Positions 19,660 to 26,553 of a DNA stretch of 39,663 bases are shown piece by piece. The notes beneath the pieces were generated by a model. The model had not been told where the DNA came from, ran no database searches, and saw only the letters and a program-made list of their open reading frames with translations. The DNA is from an uncultured Streptomycetaceae bacterium (lineage in GTDB: Bacteria; Pseudomonadota; Gammaproteobacteria; Burkholderiales; SG8-41), in assembly GCA_964476235.1 (NCBI GenBank), contig CAYYZZ010000002.1, forward strand, positions 1 through 39,663, read 5' to 3'. The translations under genes were made by a program, and so were the position numbers. Each line of letters opens with the position of its first letter. The stretch's first letter is position 1.

Positions 19660-20652
19660 ATGATTCGGGACCACACGAGACTACCCGGTGTTGCATTCCT
19701 GTTAGGCGTCGTACTATTGCAAGTCGCGCCGCGCGATGCCTGGTCGGCCGAAACCTATCCTAGCAAGCCGATCCGGTTGATCGTGGGTTTCGCGCCCGGC
19801 GGCGCCAACGACCTCGTCGCGCGGGCGGTGGCGACGCGCCTTAGCCCGCGTTTGGGCCAGCAGGTCGTCGTTGAGAACCGCGCGGGCGCGGGAGGCAATA
19901 TTGCGACCGAGCTGGCCGCGCGCGCGGCGCCCGATGGTTACACCCTGCTGCTCGCGTCCGTCGCGTCGTTCGCGATGAGCCCGGCGCTGATCGGGAAGGT
20001 GCCGTTCGACCCGGTCAACGATTTTGCGCCGGTGACCCAAGCCGTGGTGGTGACGGGCATCCTGTCGGTGCATCCGTCGATGCCGGCTAAATCGCTGAAG
20101 CAGTTCGTGGCGCTCGCCAAGAAGCAGCCCGGCAAGATCAACTACGCTTCACCGGGCGCGGGCAGCATTACGCATCTCGCCGCGGAGCGATTCTGGAAGA
20201 CGGCGGGGATCACGCTCAATCACATACCGTACAAGGGCGGCGGTCCGGCGGTGGCGGATGCTATTGCCGGACACGTCGAGTCCATTTTCGGGCTGGTCTC
20301 GACGCAGACCCCGCACATCAGGGCCGGACGGTTGCGCGCGCTCGCGATCACCGGCGCCCGGCGGACGGCCGCGCTGCCCGAGGTGCCGACCGTGGCCGAG
20401 TCCGGCTATCCGGGTTTCGAGGCGAACGGTTGGCTCGGGTTCGCGTTTCCCGCCGGGACGCCTCAGGCCATCGTGGACCGCATGCACAAGGAAATTGCGG
20501 CGGTCCTCAACCTGCAGGAAGTGCGATCCCAGCTGGAAGACCTCGGGCTCGACCCCGAGCCGAGCGATCCGGCGAAATTCCACGCCTTGATCAAGTCCGA
20601 TCACGCGCGGTGGGAGAAGGTCGTGCAGGAAGCCGGGCTGCGGCAGAAGTGA
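19660..20652 (+). CDS. Tripartite tricarboxylate transporter substrate-binding protein (Bug/TctC family)
   Basis: Signal peptide, then YPSKPIRLIVGFAPGGANDLVAR and INYASPGAGSITHLA, hallmark Bug-family motifs. GAGGAGG Shine-Dalgarno before ATG 19660. No tctA/tctB nearby. Confidence 0.9.
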   Translation: MIRDHTRLPGVAFLLGVVLLQVAPRDAWSAETYPSKPIRLIVGFAPGGANDLVARAVATRLSPRLGQQVVVENRAGAGGNIATELAARAAPDGYTLLLASVASFAMSPALIGKVPFDPVNDFAPVTQAVVVTGILSVHPSMPAKSLKQFVALAKKQPGKINYASPGAGSITHLAAERFWKTAGITLNHIPYKGGGPAVADAIAGHVESIFGLVSTQTPHIRAGRLRALAITGARRTAALPEVPTVAESGYPGFEANGWLGFAFPAGTPQAIVDRMHKEIAAVLNLQEVRSQLEDLGLDPEPSDPAKFHALIKSDHARWEKVVQEAGLRQK

Positions 20653-20684
20653 CGGTCGCGGCCGGTACGGAAAAGACGGCGCTC

Positions 20685-21293
20685 ATGCGGTTGTGGCACA
20701 ACCCGGCATCGCCATTCGCGCGCAAGGTGCGCGTCATTGCCCGTGAAGCGGGCCTGGACGGACGCATCGAGGAGATCAGCATCATGGTGAGCCCGGTCAA
20801 GCCGCATGCGGACCTGGCGCGGGAAAATCCCCTGGTCAAGATACCGGCGCTGTCCACGCCGGATGAGGGAACGCTCTACGACTCGGCGGTGATCTGCGAG
20901 TACCTCGACAGCCTGCACGGCGGGAAGCCCCTGTTTCCGAAAGCGGGAACGGAGCGGTGGCGGGAACTGCGGTTGCAGGCGCTCGGCGACGGCATACTCG
21001 AGGCAGCGGTCCTCATGCGCTACGAGAGCGCGGTGCGGCCGCAGGCGCTGCAATGGAGCGACTGGGTCGCCGGGCAACTGGGAAAGGTGAGAGGCGGCCT
21101 GGATGCTCTCGAGCGCGAGTGCGCCGGCTGGGGCGAACGCTTTGCCATCGGCGAGATCACCGCGGCCTGCGTGCTCGGATACCTGGATTTCCGCTTCCCC
21201 GGCGAATCGTGGCGCCCGGCGCATCCCATGCTCGAGAAGTGGTACGCCATGGTCTCGCAGCGGCCGTCGGTGAAGGCGACTGTCCCCCAGTGA
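20685..21293 (+). CDS. Glutathione S-transferase family protein
   Basis: 202 aa. Thioredoxin-like N-domain (MRLWHNPASPFARKVR...NPLVKIPAL...LYDSAVICEYL) plus a helical C-domain. The stop TGA is the first triplet of the TGATGAG array. Confidence 0.85.
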   Translation: MRLWHNPASPFARKVRVIAREAGLDGRIEEISIMVSPVKPHADLARENPLVKIPALSTPDEGTLYDSAVICEYLDSLHGGKPLFPKAGTERWRELRLQALGDGILEAAVLMRYESAVRPQALQWSDWVAGQLGKVRGGLDALERECAGWGERFAIGEITAACVLGYLDFRFPGESWRPAHPMLEKWYAMVSQRPSVKATVPQ

Positions 21294-21332
21294 TGAGTGA
21301 TGAGTGATGAGTGATGAGTGATGGGTGATGAG
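21291..21332. repeat. One-armed tandem heptamer array (TGATGAG x6) bridging the GST stop and Nit start
   Basis: Units lie at 21291, 21298, 21305, 21312, 21319 (TGATGGG) and 21326. Confidence 0.95.
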
Positions 21333-22184
21333 CGACGCACACCCGGTCTCGGGACGAACTGCACCGTTTGTATTGCCTGCCTGCAGACCAATTCCGGAAA
21401 CGATTTCGACGCGAATCTCGCGACGCTGGCCGCGATGACGCGTGAGGCGGCTGCAGGTGGCGCGAAGTTCATCTTTTCCGCGGAATACGCGCTGATGATG
21501 GACGGCAGCGGCCGTAGCATGCGCGAGAAGGCGCTGAAAGAGGACGGCGAGCCCGCGCTCTCCGCGCTCGCTGCGCTCTCGCGGGAGCTGGGGATCTGGC
21601 AACTCGTGGGGTCGCTCACGCTCATGAGCGACGACGGCCGGATGTTCAACCGCTCGCTTCTGATCTCGGCGGAAGGCCGCGTCGTCGCCTCCTACGACAA
21701 GATCCACATGTTCGACGCCACGTTGCCCAGCGGCACGGTGATCAAGGAGTCCAGCGCCTACCGGCCGGGAGAACGCGCAGTGGTCGCCGAGACGCCCTGG
21801 GGCGGGCTCGGAATGACGGTGTGCTATGACCTGCGGTTTCCGCAACTCTACCGGGCGCTGGCCCAACGCGGCGCGGCAATGCTGGCGATACCTTCGTCGT
21901 TCCAGCGCGAGACCGGCAAAGCGCACTGGCACGTGCTCGCGCGCGCGCGCGCGATCGAGAATGCGAGTTTTGTCATCGCGCCGGCTTTGTGCGGCGATCA
22001 CCCGGGCAAGCGCATGACCTATGGCCACTCGCTGGTGATCGACCCGTGGGGCGAGGTGCTTGCCGACGGCGGAGACGCGCCAGGCGTGGTGTACGCCGAT
22101 CTCGATCTGGCTCAGGTGGAGAAGGTGCGCGGCATGCTGCCCTCGCTGACCCACGACCGGCCATTCGCCCCGCCCGCGGCGTAA
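21321..22184 (+). CDS. Carbon-nitrogen hydrolase (Nit/omega-amidase-like) family protein
   Basis: The E/K/C triad context is recognisable (FSAEY..., KIHMFD, GMTVCYDLRFP). The ATG at 21321 lies inside the heptamer array, with an in-frame TGA at 21312. Confidence 0.85.
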   Translation: MGDERRTPGLGTNCTVCIACLQTNSGNDFDANLATLAAMTREAAAGGAKFIFSAEYALMMDGSGRSMREKALKEDGEPALSALAALSRELGIWQLVGSLTLMSDDGRMFNRSLLISAEGRVVASYDKIHMFDATLPSGTVIKESSAYRPGERAVVAETPWGGLGMTVCYDLRFPQLYRALAQRGAAMLAIPSSFQRETGKAHWHVLARARAIENASFVIAPALCGDHPGKRMTYGHSLVIDPWGEVLADGGDAPGVVYADLDLAQVEKVRGMLPSLTHDRPFAPPAA

Positions 22185-22189
22185 GACCT

Positions 22190-22226
22190 CGAATCACGAA
22201 TCACGATTCACGAATCACGAATCACG
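22190..22226. repeat. One-armed tandem heptamer array (CGAATCA/CGATTCA x5), the complement orientation of the GTGAWTC subfamily
   Basis: CGAATCACGAATCACGATTCACGAATCACGAATCACG sits between the Nit stop (22184) and the next ATG (22234). Confidence 0.95.
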
Positions 22227-22233
22227 GAATTGA

Positions 22234-23130
22234 ATGGCAGGCGAGACCATCGCGGTCTTTACCAAGAACCGCACCAACCCGGCCTACGAAGCCGCGCGCC
22301 TCGGCGCCGAAAGGACTGCCGGGCGGAACGAGGCGCGCATCCTCCATTTCGTTCCGGGCAAGCCGGACGACATCGAAGAGCAGATCGCGCTGGTCGAGCG
22401 GGCGATCGCCGCGCGCCCCGACGCCGTGGTGTTCGTTCCGGTGCACCTGACCGCGCTCAATGCCTCGGTGCGCAACTTGAACGCCGCCGGCATACCGGTC
22501 GTCAACTACCTGAACCGGCTTGCCGAAGGCCGATTCGTCAGCTTCGTCGGATCGGACGATTATCGGCTTGCCCGCGACATCGCCGTTTACCTGTTCAGGC
22601 ACCTGGGCGGCAAGGGCGACGTGGTGATGATGGAGGGGGTGCCGGGGGCGGTCACGAGCCGGGAACGGGTGCGCGGATTTCGCGATGCGGTGCGGGAATG
22701 GCCCGGCATACGAATCGTCGCGACGCTGGCCGGGGACTATCAGGAGACAACGGCGCGGAGGGTGATGACGGACTTCCTTGCTGCGCGTCCGCGCATGGAC
22801 GGAATACTGTCGGCGAACGACGTGATGTCCCTGGGCATACTCTCCGCGCTCGATGCCGCCGGCCTGAGCGTCCCGGTCATCGGCGTAAACGCGCTTCCCG
22901 AGGCGATAGACTCGATCAAGGCCGGAAAACTGCTGGCCACCGTGGACTTTGACGCGTTGAAGATCGGCTGCATCGCCACCGAGGCTGCGCTCCGCCACCT
23001 GCGGGGCGAGGCGGTGCCCGCGGAGATCATCCTGCCGGTGAGCATCGTCGACCGCTCGAATTACCAGCCCTGGGACAAACCGCTGGATCAGAGGGAATGT
23101 CCGCGCTGGAGCGACGTGGTAGGAAATTGA
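22234..23130 (+). CDS. RbsB-like periplasmic-binding-protein-fold (Peripla_BP_4) protein lacking a signal peptide and HTH
   Basis: 298 aa. It begins directly in the first beta strand (ETIAVFTKNRTNPAYEAARLGAE). An in-frame TGA at 22231-22233 excludes an N-terminal extension. Confidence 0.8.
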   Translation: MAGETIAVFTKNRTNPAYEAARLGAERTAGRNEARILHFVPGKPDDIEEQIALVERAIAARPDAVVFVPVHLTALNASVRNLNAAGIPVVNYLNRLAEGRFVSFVGSDDYRLARDIAVYLFRHLGGKGDVVMMEGVPGAVTSRERVRGFRDAVREWPGIRIVATLAGDYQETTARRVMTDFLAARPRMDGILSANDVMSLGILSALDAAGLSVPVIGVNALPEAIDSIKAGKLLATVDFDALKIGCIATEAALRHLRGEAVPAEIILPVSIVDRSNYQPWDKPLDQRECPRWSDVVGN

Positions 23131-23150
23131 CGGTCAGGACCGTCAATTAA

Positions 23151-23182
23151 GGAGTTTGCCGGGCGAATATCCGGCAAACTCC
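23151..23182 (+). terminator. Perfect 12-bp stem-loop after the binding-protein gene (possible terminator, no T-run)
   Basis: GGAGTTTGCCGG (23151-23162) pairs with CCGGCAAACTCC (23171-23182). A second 8-bp hairpin lies at 23126-23147. Confidence 0.4.
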
Positions 23183-23185
23183 TCC

Positions 23186-23194
23186 TGCTATAAT
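23186..23194 (+). promoter_or_regulatory. Extended -10 promoter (TGcTATAAT) for the cupin gene
   Basis: TGCTATAAT lies 27 nt upstream of ATG 23221, with GGGAGG Shine-Dalgarno at 23210-23215. Confidence 0.5.
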
Positions 23195-23220
23195 TTCCTG
23201 ACAGACGACGGGAGGGTCCC

Positions 23221-23784
23221 ATGGGCTACTCATTGCAGGATTATTGCCGCGATACGAGCGCAATACTGAAGACCGGCTCCAGCCGCGAGCACGTGGAGAA
23301 GGTGAAGGTCCAGATGGAGCGGCTGCTGGTGGATCCCGGATTCGTCAAGGAATACTTCAATGACCAGCAACCGACGGGATTGAAACGCATCCACATCGAC
23401 CCCGAGCTCGGGTTCGAGGTCATGACTTATCGCTACACCGAGGCGCGCAAGTCCAACCCTCACGACCACGGGGATTCCTGGGCGATTTACGGCCAGGTGG
23501 CCGAGTACACCGAAATGACGGAGTGGGACCGGCTGGACAACGGCTCCGATCCCGATCACGCCAGGCTCAAGGCCAACCCGAGCTACCGCCTCACGCCGGG
23601 AAAGGCCGGGGTTTATTACGGCCGCCAGCTGCATTCCACCGCGACCCCGGTCAATACGCGCTACCTGCGGATCACCGGCACCGATCTCGAGAACATCGAG
23701 CGGCTGCGCATAGACGCGGCGACCGGGAAGATCCAGCGCATCTACGGGCGGCAGACCGGCGCTCCGGCCGCAATTGCGCGCTAG
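23221..23784 (+). CDS. Cupin-fold protein, cysteine-dioxygenase type I-like
   Basis: 187 aa. The metal-site-like PHDHGDSWAIYG is followed by beta-rich segments. The assignment is by pattern only. Confidence 0.55.
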   Translation: MGYSLQDYCRDTSAILKTGSSREHVEKVKVQMERLLVDPGFVKEYFNDQQPTGLKRIHIDPELGFEVMTYRYTEARKSNPHDHGDSWAIYGQVAEYTEMTEWDRLDNGSDPDHARLKANPSYRLTPGKAGVYYGRQLHSTATPVNTRYLRITGTDLENIERLRIDAATGKIQRIYGRQTGAPAAIAR

Positions 23785-23892
23785 TGCCGTTCCAACTTGT
23801 TGTGCTTATCGGCAAAGAGCTCTGCAGGCCTTAGATCAAGCTTCGTTAGGACCCCAGCACTTAGCGAGAGATAGTTGGAACGGCACTAGCGC
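23778..23892. repeat. 115-bp element bounded by perfect 20-bp terminal inverted repeats (MITE-like or long hairpin)
   Basis: GCGCTAGTGCCGTTCCAACT (23778-23797) and its exact reverse complement AGTTGGAACGGCACTAGCGC (23873-23892). The left repeat contains the cupin TAG stop. Confidence 0.9.
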
Positions 23893-23907
23893 ATACTGCC
23901 AACTGCA

Positions 23908-24020
23908 TGACCAGTGACCTCTGACCAGTGAACGGCAAGACCGCCTCGAACCGCCGCCATTACCGGTTATTCATCCCCGCGACCGCCGGTCAACGGTCCC
24001 GGGTCACGGGTCACTGAACC
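23908..24020. repeat. Heptad-periodic inverted repeat (GACCNGT subfamily) directly upstream of surE
   Basis: Left arm TGACCAGTGACCTCTGACCAGTGAACGG (23908-23935). Right arm CCGGTCAACGGTCCCGGGTCACGGGTCACTGAACC (23986-24020). The loop holds the 19-mer also found at 1245-1263. Confidence 0.85.
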
Positions 24021-24773
24021 GTGCGCATCCTACTGAGCAACGACGACGGCTACTTCGCGCCGGGCATCACGCTGCTCGCCGAGATGCTCGCGCCCCTGGC
24101 GGAAATCACGGTGGTGGCGCCCGAGCGCGACCGCAGCGGGTCGAGCAACTCCCTCACCCTCGATCGCCCGCTTGCGGTGCGCCGCGCGCAGGGCCGGTTC
24201 TATTACGTCAACGGCACCCCCACGGACTGCGTGCACCTGGCGGTGACGGGGTTGCTGAAGGAGCTGCCCGACATCGTCATCTCCGGCGTCAACCATGGCG
24301 CCAACATGGGCGACGACACGATTTATTCGGGCACCGTCGCGGCGGCAACCGAAGGGTTCCTGCTGGGCATACCCTCGATCGCGATCTCGCTGGTGGCCGA
24401 AGGCGGAGGCCATTTCCGCACCGCCGGCCGCGTCGCGATGGAACTGGTCAGCCGCTTTCAGCGCAAGCCGCTTGGCCAGCCCGTGCTGCTCAACGTCAAC
24501 GTTCCCGATGTCGAATACGGCGAGCTGCGCGGCTTCCAGGTGACGCGGCTCGGCAAGCGGCACAAGGCGGAGCCGGTCGTGAAGTCCACCACGCCTCGCG
24601 GCGAGACGGTGTACTGGGTCGGCGCCGCCGGCGGCGCACAGGACGCGGGCGAGGGCACGGATTTTCATGCCATCGCCGCGAACCGCGTCTCGATCACGCC
24701 GCTGCAAATGGATCTGACGCGCTACGCCCAGCTCGAGTCGGTCAGCGCTTGGCTCACAAGCGATGATGCGTGA
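24021..24773 (+). CDS. surE: 5'/3'-nucleotidase SurE
   Basis: [16 protein letters not shown] ... [25 protein letters not shown] start. Confidence 0.95.
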   Translation: MRILLSNDDGYFAPGITLLAEMLAPLAEITVVAPERDRSGSSNSLTLDRPLAVRRAQGRFYYVNGTPTDCVHLAVTGLLKELPDIVISGVNHGANMGDDTIYSGTVAAATEGFLLGIPSIAISLVAEGGGHFRTAGRVAMELVSRFQRKPLGQPVLLNVNVPDVEYGELRGFQVTRLGKRHKAEPVVKSTTPRGETVYWVGAAGGAQDAGEGTDFHAIAANRVSITPLQMDLTRYAQLESVSAWLTSDDA

Positions 24774-24799
24774 TGCGTGATGGGTGACGAGTGACGGGC
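24765..24799. repeat. One-armed tandem heptamer array (GAYGNGT x5) bridging the surE stop and the pcm 5' region
   Basis: GATGCGT GATGCGT GATGGGT GACGAGT GACGGGC. The surE TGA (24771-24773) lies inside it. Confidence 0.9.
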
Positions 24800-24820
24800 G
24801 GAAGAAACCCTGGTATTGGG

Positions 24821-25453
24821 ATGACGTCGCAGCGCACGCGGCTGCGCATGATCGAGCGCCTGCGCGGGCAGGGCATCCGGGACGAGACGGTTCTGGCTGT
24901 TATGGGAGGGCTGCCGCGTCATATCTTCGTGGACGAGGCCCTTGCGAGCCGCGCCTATGAGGACATCGCGCTGCCGCTCGGTTTCGGGCAGACCATTTCC
25001 AGCCCCCATACCGTTGCGCGCATGACGGAGCTTGCGCGCAACGGCCGGCCGCTCGCCAAGGTGCTGGAGATCGGCACCGGCTGCGGCTATCAGACTGCGG
25101 TGCTTGCCAAGGTCGCGAAGCAGGTGTACTCGATGGAGCGCATCGCCGCGCTCATCCGCAAGGCGCGCAAGCACTTGCGGGAAGCCGGCGTCTCCAACGT
25201 GCACCTGCGTCACGGAGACGGGCACGTCGGCATGCCCGAAGTCGCGCCGTTCGACGCGATCGTCATGACCGCGGCGGCGGCGCACGCGCCCAAGGCCCTG
25301 ATCGAGCAGCTCGACGTCGGTGGTAGAATGATTTTGCCCATGGAAATCAGGAACGAACAGCATCTCTACGTGATCGAACGCAATGAGAAAGGCTTTGTCG
25401 AAAGGCGCATGGACCCGGTCGTTTTCGTGCCCTTGTTGCCGGGCGTCGGCTGA
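24821..25453 (+). CDS. pcm: Protein-L-isoaspartate O-methyltransferase
   Basis: The SAM motif [16 protein letters not shown] is present and the synteny is surE-pcm-nlpD. An alternative GTG start at 24791 lies inside the heptamer array. Confidence 0.93.
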   Translation: MTSQRTRLRMIERLRGQGIRDETVLAVMGGLPRHIFVDEALASRAYEDIALPLGFGQTISSPHTVARMTELARNGRPLAKVLEIGTGCGYQTAVLAKVAKQVYSMERIAALIRKARKHLREAGVSNVHLRHGDGHVGMPEVAPFDAIVMTAAAAHAPKALIEQLDVGGRMILPMEIRNEQHLYVIERNEKGFVERRMDPVVFVPLLPGVG

Positions 25454-25467
25454 CATGCCTGTTTAAT

Positions 25468-25525
25468 GTTCAATCAAGGTTCAAAGTCCGGGCCCGGAAC
25501 CTGAAACCTTGAGCTCGCAATCGAA
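25468..25525. repeat. Imperfect palindrome with heptad-like units (TCAAGGT/TCAAAGT) centred on CCGGGCCCGG
   Basis: Left arm GTTCAATCAAGGTTCAAAGTCCGGG, right arm CCCGGAACCTGAAACCTTGAGCTCGCAATCGAA. It forms two stems with an internal loop and lies between pcm and nlpD. Confidence 0.6.
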
Positions 25526-25528
25526 GTG

Positions 25529-26428
25529 ATGCGGATATTCTTCAAATTCGGCCTGGTGTGCGTTCTGGCTGCTTTGGCGGCGGGTTGCGCCACCCGCAGC
25601 GGCGCCCCCGTTGTGGAGCGGTCGCCCGATACCAGGCCCACGCCGGCCGAGCCTGCCGCTGCCGCCCAGCCCGCCCCGAAGCCGGCGGATGCGCCCCCCG
25701 ACTTCTATATCGTCAGGAAGGGCGACACCCTCTACAGCATCGCGCTCGACCACGGTCTCGATTATCGCGAGCTGGCCCAGTGGAACAACATCACGGACCC
25801 CGGGGTGATCCGTATCGGCCAGCAGTTGTGGCTGAGATCGCCTGCATCCGCGGTGACCGCTGCGCCGTTCAAGACCGCCCCCGGGGTGCAGGGACGCCCG
25901 ATCGGAGACACGGCGGCGGCCGGCGACAACGTCAAGACCCAGCCCAGGGCGGTGCGGGCTCCGTACTCGGACCAGACTTATGCCCAGCTGGCCAGGCTGG
26001 AGTCCAAGCCTGAGCCCAAGGTGGAGGCGCGCCCTTCCGCCCGCGATGAAGGAGGCGAGGGCGTTGCCTGGGGCTGGCCGGCCAGCGGCAAGGTGGTCAG
26101 CACCTTCAACGACAGCGCCAACCTGAAAGGCATCGGCATCGCCGGCAAGTTGGGCCAGCCGGTGCTGGCGAGCGCCCCGGGCCGGGTGATCTTCAGCGGC
26201 ACCGGAATACGCGGCTTCGGCAAGCTGATCGTGATCAAGCACAACGACACCTTCCTGAGCGTCTACGCGCACAACCACGAACTGCTGGTGAAGGAAGGGC
26301 AAAGCGTCACCAAGGGCCAGAGGATCGCGGAAATGGGCTCGACCGACACCGATCAGGTCAAGCTCCACTTCGAGATTCGCCGCTTCGGCAAGCCGGTGGA
26401 TCCGGTGAAACTGCTGCCGCCCGCTTGA
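25529..26428 (+). CDS. nlpD: Murein hydrolase activator lipoprotein NlpD (LysM + M23 peptidase domain)
   Basis: Lipobox LAAGC, LysM YIVRKGDTLYSIALDHGLDYRELAQWN and M23 region GKLIVIKHNDTFLSVYAHN. Confidence 0.93.
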   Translation: MRIFFKFGLVCVLAALAAGCATRSGAPVVERSPDTRPTPAEPAAAAQPAPKPADAPPDFYIVRKGDTLYSIALDHGLDYRELAQWNNITDPGVIRIGQQLWLRSPASAVTAAPFKTAPGVQGRPIGDTAAAGDNVKTQPRAVRAPYSDQTYAQLARLESKPEPKVEARPSARDEGGEGVAWGWPASGKVVSTFNDSANLKGIGIAGKLGQPVLASAPGRVIFSGTGIRGFGKLIVIKHNDTFLSVYAHNHELLVKEGQSVTKGQRIAEMGSTDTDQVKLHFEIRRFGKPVDPVKLLPPA

Positions 26429-26551
26429 AACGATGAACGATGAACGATGAACTATGAACGATGAACTATGAACGATGAATGATGAACTGACGGCAACGAC
26501 GCGATTTCGGCTGTTCGTTCATCGTTCCGCGATCATCGTTCATCGTTGTTC
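26429..26551. repeat. Heptad-periodic inverted repeat (AACGATG/GATGAAC subfamily), 9 + 5 units
   Basis: The left arm has nine units at 26429-26491 (AACGATG x5, AACTATG x2, AATGATG, AACTGAC). The right arm is GTTCGTTCATCGTTCCGCGATCATCGTTCATCGTTGTTC (26513-26551). Confidence 0.95.
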
Positions 26552-26553
26552 TT

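Noticed and set aside
21291-21332. Heptamer array as a classic phase-variation switch for the Nit gene
   Set aside because: The array lies upstream of and at the start codon rather than inside the reading frame. Because every unit carries both ATG and TGA, a change in unit number would still leave an ATG preceded by a stop in the correct frame only sometimes. That is an interesting property, but it cannot be shown from a single sequence.
20601-22154. 517-aa minus-strand ORF spanning GST and Nit
   Set aside because: It crosses two plus-strand genes and the heptamer array (translated as HHSSLITHHSSL). This is an artefact.
17860-24020. Classical integrative genomic island at tRNA-Pro
   Set aside because: No integrase, no direct repeat of the tRNA 3' end and no mobility genes are present. 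Only the accessory-looking gene content supports it, so it is reported as a finding with a caveat rather than as a mobile element.
26429-26553. Absence of rpoS after nlpD as an anomaly
   Set aside because: The nlpD-rpoS linkage is common but not universal, and rpoS may lie elsewhere. This cannot be judged from one window.
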